A stretch of DNA of 64,000 nucleotides from assembly GCA_023267215.1 (NCBI GenBank), contig JAHFNS010000002.1, positions 32,149 to 96,148 on the forward strand, in the 5' to 3' direction. The notes under the pieces were generated by a model. The model worked only from the letters and a program-made list of their open reading frames with translations. It ran no database searches and was not told where the DNA came from. The translations under genes and the position numbers were made by a program. The stretch comes from Candidatus Nomurabacteria bacterium. GTDB taxonomy: Bacteria > Patescibacteriota > Minisyncoccia > Phycocordibacterales > UBA9973. This document shows, in pieces, positions 44,098 to 54,073 of the stretch (position 1 is the first letter of the stretch; each line of letters opens with the position of its first letter).

Positions 44098-45306
44098 CTA
44101 CTGTATATTGCCAGCTAGGTTGTAAATAGGCATCAAAATAGAAACTAAGAGCAAACCCACTCCTAAACCTAAAACCACTATCATTATTGGCTCGATCAAA
44201 CCCACTAGAGTGTCGATAGCATCATCCACTTCTTTTTTGTAAAAATCTGCTAGGGTTTTTAAAATCTCTCCCAGAGAACCTGTTTCTTCACCTACTTTTA
44301 TCATTTGAATTAAAATACCTGGGACTTGTTCTCCATGTTTTTCAAAGGCAACAGAGAAAGATAGACCAGACTTCACTCCATCTGCTACATCTTTTAAAAT
44401 TTCTTTATAAACTCTACTACCTACAACTTCTGAGGTTATGTCTATCGCTCGAACTATCGGAATACCTGAGGTAAGCATCGTATCCATATTGTCTGCAATT
44501 CTGGAAAGATAAAGTTTCGTATAAAGATTACCAACTGCGGGAATAGAAAGACGAACTTTATCAAGATATGTTTTCCCTTTTTCTGTCTTAGAAAGTCTCC
44601 AAAGCCACAAACCAAGAAGAATCATAAAGATAATAAAAATAAAACCATAATTCACAAAAAAGTTTGAAACAGCAATAACTATTTTTGTATAAACTGGAGC
44701 TTCTTGTCCGGAATCTAAAATAATAGCTGATAATTTTGGGATAACAACGACAAACATAAGCCCCATAACTACAAAAAAAGTACAGATGACAAATATTGGA
44801 TAAATAAGTGCATTTTTTGTTTTAGAAGTAAGAGAGTATTGTCGATTTAAATAATTTGCTAAGTGGTCGAAAGTTTCATTCAACTTACCAGTCTCTTCAC
44901 CCACTTTGACCATATTGACATAAAAATTAGAAAATACATCCGGATGTTTTGCTAAAGCACCTGAAATAGAGATCCCGGCTTGGATATCATCACCTATTTC
45001 TGTAAGTTTTCTAGATAAAATTTTATTCTCTGTGTTGGTAGCAAGCATTGTAAAAGCTTTCAAGGCAGAAACTTGTGCTCCGAATAAAGTAGAGATTTGT
45101 CTAGAAAGAATCACAATATCTTTCATTGGCACTTTTTCAAAAAAAGAAAAAGAAAGAAAGTTTTTACTTTTTGATTCCTCTTTAATGGAAACAATAATGA
45201 GATTCCTTCGTTGAAGACCACTGATAGCTAGATCTTGACTCGGTGCATCAATTTCTCCTATTTTCTCTATTCCTTTATCATCTACTGCTTTATATTTGAA
45301 TAACAT
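44098..45306 (-). CDS. pilC: type IV pilus platform protein PilC (GspF family)
   Basis: two GspF repeats, 3 TM helices, 402 aa. Confidence 0.85.
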   Translation of the reverse strand: MLFKYKAVDDKGIEKIGEIDAPSQDLAISGLQRRNLIIVSIKEESKSKNFLSFSFFEKVPMKDIVILSRQISTLFGAQVSALKAFTMLATNTENKILSRKLTEIGDDIQAGISISGALAKHPDVFSNFYVNMVKVGEETGKLNETFDHLANYLNRQYSLTSKTKNALIYPIFVICTFFVVMGLMFVVVIPKLSAIILDSGQEAPVYTKIVIAVSNFFVNYGFIFIIFMILLGLWLWRLSKTEKGKTYLDKVRLSIPAVGNLYTKLYLSRIADNMDTMLTSGIPIVRAIDITSEVVGSRVYKEILKDVADGVKSGLSFSVAFEKHGEQVPGILIQMIKVGEETGSLGEILKTLADFYKKEVDDAIDTLVGLIEPIMIVVLGLGVGLLLVSILMPIYNLAGNIQ

Positions 45307-45323
45307 AATTTTTTGTCTTTGAT

Positions 45324-45373
45324 TTCCCCTAAGCTGGGCTTAAGGAAACTTCCCCTAAGCCCAGCTTAGGGGA
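45324..45373. repeat. double GC hairpin / 21-bp inverted repeat between pilT and pilC (TTCCCCTAAGCTGGGCTTAAGGA-AAC-TTCCCCTAAGCCCAGCTTAGGGGAA)
   Basis: read directly; each half is itself a 9-bp-stem hairpin; alternative long duplex is an RNase III-type substrate. Confidence 0.8.
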
Positions 45374-45380
45374 AAAATTA

Positions 45381-46439
45381 TTAAATTAAACGTTCTAAAC
45401 CTCTTGGATTTAAAGAAAATTGATAAGCATTCTCTATGGTAATTTCTCCTGCACGAACTAACTCTATTAATGAATGGTTTAAATCTATCATACCAGATTC
45501 CATTCCTGTTTCTATAATCACATCAATTTCTTTCGTGCGTTTTTCGCGAATCAAATTAGAAACTGCATCGTTATTTAATAACAATTCATAAGCAGGAACG
45601 AGTCCACCAGAAATTCTTGGTATAAGTCTTTGAGAAAAAATACCAAGTAAACTTGAAGCAAGTTCAGTACGAATTTGTTCTTGTTGATCACCTGGAAAAG
45701 AATCAATAATTCTATCTATTGTCTGAGAAGCATTATTTGTGTGCAAGGTCGATAAAACAAGATGCCCTGTTTCGGCTGCTGTTACGGCTGTAGCAATCGT
45801 TTCTGGATTACGCATTTCACCCACCATTATAACATTCACATCTTCCCGAAAAACTGATCTCAAAGCTGTATAAAAATCTTTGGTATCAATACCAATCTCT
45901 CGTTGATCGATAATGGATTTATTAGGGGTAAAAACATATTCAATCGGATCTTCAATCGTTATAATATGGCGAGCTTGTTCGTTATTAATTAAATTTACCA
46001 TGGATGACAAAGTAGTTGATTTGCCTTGTCCGACAGGGCCAACCACCAAGAAAAATCCTTGTTTTTTACGAGCCAACTCTCCGATAATTGGCGGTAAATG
46101 TAATTCTTCAAAAGATTTCACTTTCGGTACTAATCGAAGAGCAATACTAATCAATCCTTTTTGAAAGAAAGCATTACCACGAAGACGAGCCTCCCCACGG
46201 AAATCATAAGAAAAATCTACTTCTTGATCTTCTAAAAATTTTTTTAATTTTGTTTCTCCTAAAATTTGACTCAAAATACCAACCATATCTTCTTTAGTTA
46301 AGATTGCTTCTTTTACAAGAAAGATAAGTTCACCCATCACACGAATAGCAGGCACCTTCCCTACCCCTAGATGTAAATCCGAACCATTCTGGTTCATCAC
46401 TGTCTCAATAAATTCTTCTAGTTTTTGTTTATAATCCAT
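45381..46439 (-). CDS. pilT: type IV pilus retraction ATPase PilT
   Basis: 352 aa, Walker A GPVGQGKST, Asp box, His box (LVLSTLHTN), AIRNLIRE-like motif (AVSNLIRE). Confidence 0.85.
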   Translation of the reverse strand: MDYKQKLEEFIETVMNQNGSDLHLGVGKVPAIRVMGELIFLVKEAILTKEDMVGILSQILGETKLKKFLEDQEVDFSYDFRGEARLRGNAFFQKGLISIALRLVPKVKSFEELHLPPIIGELARKKQGFFLVVGPVGQGKSTTLSSMVNLINNEQARHIITIEDPIEYVFTPNKSIIDQREIGIDTKDFYTALRSVFREDVNVIMVGEMRNPETIATAVTAAETGHLVLSTLHTNNASQTIDRIIDSFPGDQQEQIRTELASSLLGIFSQRLIPRISGGLVPAYELLLNNDAVSNLIREKRTKEIDVIIETGMESGMIDLNHSLIELVRAGEITIENAYQFSLNPRGLERLI

Positions 46440-46495
46440 AATTAGTTAATTATACTACAAAACAAACTACAATTAAATGGCTTGTGGACAACTTT

Positions 46496-46828
46496 TTAGT
46501 AATAAAATATTTCATTTAGTGAAAAGAAAATTTCTTTCAATTGTTCACCCGTAATTTCTCCAATTTTTTTAAACATTCTTTCTTTAGCAATAGTACGTAT
46601 CTGAAAAGTAATAATCTCAGAGTCTTTGCTTAATTTATTTATTTTATTTTTATCAAGTTTTACACAACCAGCATAATTTTTAATCTTGCTTGAAATAGGA
46701 CAAATAATGAAAACACCTAAATTTTTATTCATTGTGTTTCCAGAGATAATAACCACTGGTCTCTTCCCTTTTTGTTCTTTGCCTCTAGCTGGATTAAGAT
46801 TCGCCAAATAAATATCTTTTTGCAACAT
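46496..46828 (-). CDS. mazF: MazF/PemK-family endoribonuclease toxin
   Basis: DIYLANLNPARGKEQKGKRPVVIIS canonical PemK N-terminus. Confidence 0.75.
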   Translation of the reverse strand: MLQKDIYLANLNPARGKEQKGKRPVVIISGNTMNKNLGVFIICPISSKIKNYAGCVKLDKNKINKLSKDSEIITFQIRTIAKERMFKKIGEITGEQLKEIFFSLNEIFYY

Positions 46829-46830
46829 AA

Positions 46831-47079
46831 TTATTTTTCAAGGTTTATAAGTTCCTTAAAATAATCCCCCATTCCATCTTCTGCCATATTTTTTATTTCT
46901 AAATCTAAAGATGCTTTTTTAAAAGAATGAGCATATTCATTTTGACGAACCGATTTTCTAAAATCATTTAAGGCTTTTTCTAAAACAGCTCGTCTAGTTA
47001 ATTTTTGACGAGTAGAATAAGTTTCCATCCATTCCATTAATTCAGAAGATAAATTGTTTGTGAAAGTTATAGATTTCAT
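46831..47079 (-). CDS. putative antitoxin (ribbon-helix-helix-like) paired with mazF
   Basis: 82 aa, 3-nt gap to mazF, N-terminal ITFTN.LSSELMEWMETYS..RRAVLEKAL RHH-like pattern. Confidence 0.5.
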   Translation of the reverse strand: MKSITFTNNLSSELMEWMETYSTRQKLTRRAVLEKALNDFRKSVRQNEYAHSFKKASLDLEIKNMAEDGMGDYFKELINLEK

Positions 47080-47167
47080 ATGTTTTTATTATATTTATAA
47101 TATATATGTATTATACATAAATATCAATTTAATGCAAATACTTATCAAATGTGGATTAAATATAAGA

Positions 47168-48625
47168 CTATTTAATAGTAAAATTAGAAACAAAAATTTT
47201 ACCATAAGGTTTCCACGGATCCATCCCCTTTTCTTCATAAAATCCATATCTATCACTATTCCAACTTAAATTAAAGTCTATAAATTTTTCTTCATTCAAT
47301 GGTTCAATTTTTATTTTTTTTCCAATTAATGATTCATCAAGCTTATGAAGATTAATAGGGTAAATTATTTTTCCATCATCAAGTAGTATTGAATAATTCA
47401 AAGCATTAATTTTTTTAACAATATATTCTCTATTAAATTCGTTCTTAGTCTTAGAATAAATCTGTTTTAAAACCTCGCGATCGGTGAAATCAAAATTATA
47501 AGCATCAGAATAGTTAAATGCTCTTATCTTTCTATTTAATAATTCATCTGAAAGAAAAATTTTAACGTTATTTATTTTGGAAATATTAGAAAGATTATAT
47601 TTACTCTTTAATCCATAACCTTGCTTAGTGAAGTATATTACTGACGGCAAAGAAACTTTCACATAATTATTTAATACATTCTTATCAAGAAAATTTTGCA
47701 TTGACTTATAATCCAAAGTCTCGTCGTTTTTATCTAAAGAATAAAATCCATTCAAATAAACCTCTCTGCCATCATCTAAAGTCAAAATTACAGACCCACT
47801 AAAACTAATAGCTTTTATTACTTTTCTAGATTCTTGAAAATATTGTTCAACTGTTTTATAAAAATTTTTTGAAAAATCACTTATTTTCCCAGTAGAATCC
47901 TCAAATAATGCTTTCTCCTTAGCAAGATATTTAGATTCTGTTGATTTGATTAATTCAACTGATTTTTTAGATTTATCTACCTTTAAATATACAGGTAGAT
48001 AAGTACTTTTATCTTCACCATAACCATAAGCTGAAACAATTATTTCATATTCAATATCACTATATGGAAAAATAGTAATTGCACTATTTCCTTTTCCACC
48101 CCCATATGATCCTGCTAGTGAGTGCAAACCTAAAGTTTTTTTATCAAAATAAGAAAGTACTTTTGTTTTTTGACTATCTTCAAAAACTGAAATAGTAAAA
48201 TCAACTGTTTTAGACATTCCCCCGTCTGGAAATGTACAGATACCTACAGGCATTCTGTATTTTTCTACTGCTTCAACAGGATAAAAATCTTCTATTTTCC
48301 CAGAGTGAAAAGATTCATCTATGTGAGCAGCTTCGATATCTGCGACCTCATTTCTAATAGTATTTTCATGACAAAAAGGTATTTTTGATAATACAAAATA
48401 TGATAATACTATTATACTGAAAAAAATAATCCATTTTTTATAATGTATTTTATTTTTGAATAAAAATTCAAATTTATTCTTTTCTAAAGATAAAACTTTC
48501 TTAAACCCTTCTTCAATATCTTGTGCATTCCAGCCGTTGGCTAAAAGTTCACTAGTTATTTTTTCTTTTGTTAAACCCGACTGTAATTGTTGTTTAATAA
48601 AATCTAACAATGGTTGATTAATCAT
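47168..48625 (-). CDS. hypothetical pilus-operon protein, N-terminal soluble domain then TM anchor and large extracytoplasmic domain
   Basis: TM helix WIIFFSIIVLSYFVL; no motif recognised; embedded between pilB and mazE. Confidence 0.3.
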   Translation of the reverse strand: MINQPLLDFIKQQLQSGLTKEKITSELLANGWNAQDIEEGFKKVLSLEKNKFEFLFKNKIHYKKWIIFFSIIVLSYFVLSKIPFCHENTIRNEVADIEAAHIDESFHSGKIEDFYPVEAVEKYRMPVGICTFPDGGMSKTVDFTISVFEDSQKTKVLSYFDKKTLGLHSLAGSYGGGKGNSAITIFPYSDIEYEIIVSAYGYGEDKSTYLPVYLKVDKSKKSVELIKSTESKYLAKEKALFEDSTGKISDFSKNFYKTVEQYFQESRKVIKAISFSGSVILTLDDGREVYLNGFYSLDKNDETLDYKSMQNFLDKNVLNNYVKVSLPSVIYFTKQGYGLKSKYNLSNISKINNVKIFLSDELLNRKIRAFNYSDAYNFDFTDREVLKQIYSKTKNEFNREYIVKKINALNYSILLDDGKIIYPINLHKLDESLIGKKIKIEPLNEEKFIDFNLSWNSDRYGFYEEKGMDPWKPYGKIFVSNFTIK

Positions 48626-48661
48626 ATAGATATTTAATTATAAATAAAAAACAATGAAAAA

Positions 48662-50410
48662 TTACTCATTCTCATTCACGAAACCGTAAACCTCTTTATA
48701 TGGAATAATTCCATTTATCGCTTTTAACATCGCATCTTCTCGCATCATCAACATTCCATTTTTGCGAGCCACTTTATAAATTTCTGAATCAACTGGATTT
48801 TTTAAAATTACCACTTGCATTTCTTTATCTATTTTGAACATTTCAAAAATAGCAATACGACCGCGAGTGCCAGAAGGACAGTCTGGAGTCGGTACAGTAT
48901 CATACATTTCATTTTTAATTTCAATTTCTTTTTTAAATTCGTCTCCCAAATCTTTTATCTCATCTTCTATTTGGAGTTTGATACTTGGATCCATCGGTAC
49001 AAGTTTTCTACAAGCCGGAAATGTCGTTCGAGCTAGACGTTGAGCAATGGACAAAATAAGTGTTGGAGCGATAAGGTATGGATCCACACCCATATCAATT
49101 AAACGAGGAATAGCTCCGATAGCATTATTGGTGTGTAAAGTAGATAAAACAAGATGCCCTGTCAAAGCAGCTTGAATAGCCAATTGAGCTGTTTCTTTAT
49201 CACGAATTTCTCCAACCATTATTATGTCTGGATCTTGACGAAGAATAGAACGCAGCCCCGAAGCAAAGGTGTATCCTATTTCAGGCATCATTTGAGATTG
49301 ATTGATGTCCGGCATATGATATTCGACTGGATCTTCTAGTGAAACAATGTTACTTGTTTCTTTATCAAGCTCATTCATCATTGAATATAAAGTGGTGGAT
49401 TTTCCAGAACCTGTCGGACCAGTGATCAAAATAAGTCCATAAGGTTTGGTAATAGCATCTCGAAGCATTTCAAGATTTCTTTTTGAGAGTCCTAACTGAT
49501 CAAGAGGTTTTACTCCTTTTTCTGAGTCCAAAATACGAATAACTACTTTCTCACCATAATAAGCAGGCATAGTAGAAACACGAAAATCAATCTTGTGTCC
49601 ATCGAGGCTAGTACTGAAAGATCCATCTTGAGGTTTTCTTTTTTCATCTAAACGCAACCTAGCTAAAATTTTTACTCTTGCCACTACCCCATTATAAACA
49701 TTTGGTGGTAAAACTGTTGTTGTATGTAAAAGACCATCTATTCGAAAACGGACTTTTACTTTTTGTCCAGTATTTTCTATATGTATATCAGAGGCATTGC
49801 TTTCTATGGCATTACGTAAAATAACAGCCACTATCTTAATAATTGGAGCATCTTCCACTATTTTTACTTCTTCGTTTGGCTTTACATTTTTCAGTTCTTG
49901 GTTTAGGTTTTTCGATTCACTTAAACTTTTTTCACTAATTGTTTCCTCATTAATTTCATTTAAGGCTTCTTCAACTTCTACTGATATTCCTCTATACCCT
50001 TCCATTATATTTTTATAATCACTATTGGAAATAAGAAAAATTTTAAAAGGAATACCTAATTTAGCTGAAATAAATTGTAAAGCATCGACAGCCTGAGTGT
50101 TGTCTCCATCCAGTATACCTATCTCAAGTATTCCTTCTTTAAATTCAATTGGAACAAAATGATAATAAGTAGCTGCATCCTCCGGAATATATTTAAAAAC
50201 TTCAAATGGAATTTCTTTAGCGTTTACTTTTTTTATAGGCATTTGAAGGTATTCTCCCTTCATTTCTAGAATTCTCTCTTCTCTAATACCAAATTCGATT
50301 AAAGCTTCATCGATATTACCTTCGTGCTTTTCTTTAGCAAGATTTTTTATTTCATCTATTTGGCCCTTGTTGATTACGCCCTTTTTTTCTAATTCTTCTA
50401 AAAAACTCAT
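48662..50410 (-). CDS. pilB: type IV pilus assembly ATPase PilB (GspE family)
   Basis: N-terminal GSPII_E_N domain, Walker A GPTGSGKST, tetracysteine-like region, His box LVLSTLHTN. Confidence 0.9.
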   Translation of the reverse strand: MSFLEELEKKGVINKGQIDEIKNLAKEKHEGNIDEALIEFGIREERILEMKGEYLQMPIKKVNAKEIPFEVFKYIPEDAATYYHFVPIEFKEGILEIGILDGDNTQAVDALQFISAKLGIPFKIFLISNSDYKNIMEGYRGISVEVEEALNEINEETISEKSLSESKNLNQELKNVKPNEEVKIVEDAPIIKIVAVILRNAIESNASDIHIENTGQKVKVRFRIDGLLHTTTVLPPNVYNGVVARVKILARLRLDEKRKPQDGSFSTSLDGHKIDFRVSTMPAYYGEKVVIRILDSEKGVKPLDQLGLSKRNLEMLRDAITKPYGLILITGPTGSGKSTTLYSMMNELDKETSNIVSLEDPVEYHMPDINQSQMMPEIGYTFASGLRSILRQDPDIIMVGEIRDKETAQLAIQAALTGHLVLSTLHTNNAIGAIPRLIDMGVDPYLIAPTLILSIAQRLARTTFPACRKLVPMDPSIKLQIEDEIKDLGDEFKKEIEIKNEMYDTVPTPDCPSGTRGRIAIFEMFKIDKEMQVVILKNPVDSEIYKVARKNGMLMMREDAMLKAINGIIPYKEVYGFVNENE

Positions 50411-50416
50411 AATTAA

Positions 50417-50959
50417 TTAAGGTGTCTTTGGATTTTTAGTTGGTGTTTTTGTTGTTTTTTCCGAACCTGCTGGAGAAGTAATTTTTGTAGTTGTTGATGG
50501 TACTATGGGCAAGAGTGAAGAGTTGTCTGGTGTCACAACAGTAGAAGGAATAATAGATATTGGTGATGTTGTTGGTAATGCAGTCATTTTTTCAAAACCA
50601 ATCGGAGCAAAAGGATTAGCCCTTCCTTCATCGTTTGGCGCATTGAGTAAGATACTAGAATCATGCAGATTAACAAAAACTTCATCTGAAAAGATCGCAT
50701 CATCTAACTTTATATTTTTTACACTCAAAAGCACAGAAAGAAGATCTTTAGTTATTAAAGAATTTTGACCTGAAGTATTAGAGGTAGAAGTGTTTGTGCC
50801 AGAAACTATTCCACTCGTATTTGAAGAAATTAAATTACCTTGATCTGGGGCTTTCTTAATAAAAAAAATGTATATCAAGATTAAAGCTGCTGCTATTACT
50901 GTAAATATGATTATATTTTTTATTTTTGACATATTATTATTTTTTAATTCTTTAGCCAA
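50417..50959 (-). CDS. hypothetical single-pass membrane protein, Ser/Thr/Pro-rich (possible PilP-like component)
   Basis: TM anchor then low-complexity S/T-rich region; position after pilO. Confidence 0.3.
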   Translation of the reverse strand: MAKELKNNNMSKIKNIIIFTVIAAALILIYIFFIKKAPDQGNLISSNTSGIVSGTNTSTSNTSGQNSLITKDLLSVLLSVKNIKLDDAIFSDEVFVNLHDSSILLNAPNDEGRANPFAPIGFEKMTALPTTSPISIIPSTVVTPDNSSLLPIVPSTTTKITSPAGSEKTTKTPTKNPKTP

Positions 50960-51540
50960 TAAGTTTTTATTTTAAAATCATATCTGTAAGATTCAGCAAG
51001 TGATGAATTTAATCCTTGAGTTGTATCTGAAGAAAATTGAACTGAAGAGATATCAACAATCCTAAGATTATTTTCTAAATCTTTTACAAAATTAATGAAA
51101 TTGCTATAAGTCCCTTGGGTAGAAAATTCTAGATTCCAAATACCATAATTTTTTTGTGCAATATTCTCTCCTCCTGTGTTGCCAGATTGAGTTGGCACAA
51201 CACCCGCCGTACTATCTGTATCATATTTTACGTTCTTGAGAGCCATACCGTAAGGTGTTGCAATCTTTTCCACTTCTAAAATTAAACGAATATTATCAAC
51301 ATTATCAGGCAAAAGCTTTTGTAGCTTAGATAAACTTTCTACATCAAAAGAATTATATTTTTGAGTCAACTTGTCTCTCTCAGCTTCAAGGGCTTTAGAA
51401 TTATCTAAGGCTTCATTGTAAGAAGATATTTTTTCTCTTTTTAAAGATATGTCCTTGTAAATAGGATCAGTCCATATGAAAAATCCTGCAACAGCAACTC
51501 CTATTAAAATGGTCGGCAAAATATATTTAAACATAATCAA
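50944..51540 (-). CDS. pilO: PilO-like pilus assembly protein
   Basis: N-terminal TM, coiled coil, size and position after pilN. Confidence 0.45.
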   Translation of the reverse strand: MIMFKYILPTILIGVAVAGFFIWTDPIYKDISLKREKISSYNEALDNSKALEAERDKLTQKYNSFDVESLSKLQKLLPDNVDNIRLILEVEKIATPYGMALKNVKYDTDSTAGVVPTQSGNTGGENIAQKNYGIWNLEFSTQGTYSNFINFVKDLENNLRIVDISSVQFSSDTTQGLNSSLAESYRYDFKIKTYWLKN

Positions 51541-52175
51541 TTTATTGTTTGTCCATTATTTAAAATACCTGAAAGATTCTCGTTCTTTGTCTTGAGCATA
51601 TTCTTATAATCAACAAAAGTCGGATCAACTGAAAAATCCAAATCAAAAAGTACATTACCTTTATCGTCGAGTGAAAGATTAGAAAAAACAGGATCAATTA
51701 AATTTTTATTTTTTGAAAAAAGATCTGATTGAAGTGCGATAGATTGATACCCCAATGCCGTTCCACTCATTTTTACTAATATTTTTGAATTTTTGCCATT
51801 ATTTAATTCGTAGTCAAATTTATTATAACTAACAGTCTTCATCGTAAGTGCTTGAAGCGCTTGGAAAATAGGTGAAATGGTAACATGTTTTGATAAAATT
51901 TGACTTGCTGCACGTAGACGTTTGTCTAAAACTTGAAGCTGAAGAACTTTTGATGGTTCAAAACGATTCTGTGCTAAATTTAAATCATTTTCCATCTGAA
52001 CAATATTTCTTTCTAAATATCCATTATAAAAATAAAGGCCGAGAGTTATGATAACTACTATAAAAAAAATAAAAATAGCAACAATAGTAAATAAACCAAT
52101 CGGCTCTCTTGAAATAGCCGTTTTTTCAATCATCGGCTTTTTGGGTATAAAAGATGTTTGAAAATTTTGATCCAT
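51537..52175 (-). CDS. pilN: PilN-like pilus assembly protein
   Basis: short cytoplasmic N-terminus, TM (IFIFFIVVIITLGLYFY), coiled coil; follows pilM with 4-nt overlap. Confidence 0.5.
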   Translation of the reverse strand: MDQNFQTSFIPKKPMIEKTAISREPIGLFTIVAIFIFFIVVIITLGLYFYNGYLERNIVQMENDLNLAQNRFEPSKVLQLQVLDKRLRAASQILSKHVTISPIFQALQALTMKTVSYNKFDYELNNGKNSKILVKMSGTALGYQSIALQSDLFSKNKNLIDPVFSNLSLDDKGNVLFDLDFSVDPTFVDYKNMLKTKNENLSGILNNGQTIN

Positions 52176-52198
52176 TTTGTTTATTATATTATCTCAAT

Positions 52199-53326
52199 TT
52201 ATTGCAATTTTCGCAAGGCTAATCCTAATGCAACAGCGAATTCTGGACCAGTAGTTTCAAGAACTTTTTCTAAAAACTCTGGAGCTCCAACTTTAGAAAA
52301 AGGAACACCTATCTCTATTTCCGCTCGAAAGTTGTCTGAAGCCACTTCTTTTAATCCTTTGAGTAATGATCCGCCTCCAGTAAATATGACCTTACTGATA
52401 GTTTTATCATATTTCTTTTCATACCCTAATAATACATTATTAGTTTCTGAAAAGATATAATCGATGTGAGTTTTTATTATATCCGCTAAGTTTTTTTCAG
52501 TGGGACTTTCAAAAAGGCCAAATTCTTTTTTTATTTCTTCTGCTTTAGAAAATGAAACGCCGAGGGATTGGGCAATGGAAGCAGAAATGTCTGCTCCACC
52601 ACGATTTACCGTGTGGTGACTTTTAATCATACCAAATTCTACTAAAGAAAGTTTGGTGCCAGACGCTCCAAAATCCATCAAAAGAATCAAGGAAAGTTCA
52701 TGCTCAAAATTGGATCGAATGGAAGAAAAAATTTCAATTTCAAAAAATCCAGCATCTAATTCACACTGAGAAACAATAGAACGGTATTTTGAAATTGCAT
52801 CGTTTTGGATAGCTACGACAAGAACTTCTGTTTTTTCTGGTAAAATAGAAGTCAAATCTGGATTGTTTGCTTCTTCAAAAGAAAGTTCTTTTTGAGGTAA
52901 AATAAAATAATCAAGAGAAACTTCTGTAATCGGCAATGGAATATATTTTCGAGCTTCGGTCGGAATAATAGACGCAACATCCCCTTTTTTAACTTGAGAA
53001 GGAAGTGAAATAGTAAAAATCAAACTTGACTGCACTGGGATAGAAAAAGCAGAAGAAGTGGTCGTGACTCCAGCTTGTTTAAAAACTTCTTTTAGGGCCT
53101 CCACTATTTTCTCAATAGAAAGATTGGTCACTCGTCCTGCATCAGTCAGAGCATAAGAACCGAGAGATATTGCTCCATAAGTTTCCAACATTGCTTTGCC
53201 TTTTCTTTTTTTTATTTCCACTACTTTTATAGCTGAAGAACCAATGTCTATACCAACAGCGCTACTCGTATCACCTCCTTTAAAAAGATTTAAATTGGAA
53301 AAAAATTTTATAATTGGATTATCCAT
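52199..53326 (-). CDS. pilM: type IV pilus assembly protein PilM (actin-like ATPase fold)
   Basis: GIDIGSSAIKVVE phosphate-1 motif, DFGASGTKLSLV, GGGS motif FTGGGSLLKGL. Confidence 0.8.
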   Translation of the reverse strand: MDNPIIKFFSNLNLFKGGDTSSAVGIDIGSSAIKVVEIKKRKGKAMLETYGAISLGSYALTDAGRVTNLSIEKIVEALKEVFKQAGVTTTSSAFSIPVQSSLIFTISLPSQVKKGDVASIIPTEARKYIPLPITEVSLDYFILPQKELSFEEANNPDLTSILPEKTEVLVVAIQNDAISKYRSIVSQCELDAGFFEIEIFSSIRSNFEHELSLILLMDFGASGTKLSLVEFGMIKSHHTVNRGGADISASIAQSLGVSFSKAEEIKKEFGLFESPTEKNLADIIKTHIDYIFSETNNVLLGYEKKYDKTISKVIFTGGGSLLKGLKEVASDNFRAEIEIGVPFSKVGAPEFLEKVLETTGPEFAVALGLALRKLQ

Positions 53327-53358
53327 TTTCTTAAAATATAGTTATAATTATAGCATAT

Positions 53359-54054
53359 ATGGAAATATTAAACACCATACTAAACATAGTTTTTCCTGTG
53401 AATTGCGTTTCTTGTGATAAAAGAGGTTCAGATTTGTGTACAAAATGCCTTTCAGAATCTCCCACTGCCGAAAGAGAAAGCGCTAATTGGATATTTCCCT
53501 TTTTTGACTATCGCCATATACCCATTAAAAAATCCATTTGGCTTTTAAAATATAAAGGTAAAAAAAGACTGGCAAGTATTTTTGCTGAAGTTATGTATGG
53601 TAGAATTATAGAAGAATTGTCTGATTTAAGTGTTTTAAATAATTTTCGAGAACCCATTTTAATTCCTATTCCCCTCTCCAAAAAGAGATACAGAGAACGT
53701 GGCTACAATCAAGCTGAACTAATTTGTAAAGAATTAATAAAAATAGATAAAAATAATAAAGCTGCACATCTACGCCATGGCGTAGATGTGCAGCTTGTGA
53801 ATAATTTTATTTTTAAAAAAAATGTTCTAGCAAAAATAAAAGAGACAGAGCATCAAGCCAATATTAAAGAGCGACATAATAGATTAAAAAATTTGATTGA
53901 TTCTTTCGCCATAAAAAATCCTGAATTAATAAAAAACAAAAATATAATTTTAATAGATGATGTGACAACCACCGGCACCACTTTGACTGAAGCAAAAAAA
54001 ATATTAAAACAAAATGGTGCCAGAAAAGTAATCGCTTTCACAATCGCACATTAG
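53359..54054 (+). CDS. comF: ComF-family protein (ComFC-like phosphoribosyltransferase-domain competence protein) carrying palindrome insertion
   Basis: N-terminal CVSCD..CTKC Zn-finger, PRTase motif IILIDDVTTTGTTL; divergent from pilM. Confidence 0.8.
   Translation: MEILNTILNIVFPVNCVSCDKRGSDLCTKCLSESPTAERESANWIFPFFDYRHIPIKKSIWLLKYKGKKRLASIFAEVMYGRIIEELSDLSVLNNFREPILIPIPLSKKRYRERGYNQAELICKELIKIDKNNKAAHLRHGVDVQLVNNFIFKKNVLAKIKETEHQANIKERHNRLKNLIDSFAIKNPELIKNKNIILIDDVTTTGTTLTEAKKILKQNGARKVIAFTIAH
53761..53794. repeat. 34-nt perfect palindrome GCTGCACATCTACGCCATGGCGTAGATGTGCAGC inside comF
   Basis: read directly; inner 20 nt identical to truB palindrome; encodes AAHLRHGVDVQL. Confidence 0.9.
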
Positions 54055-54073
54055 ATGTGATAGTATATTTATC

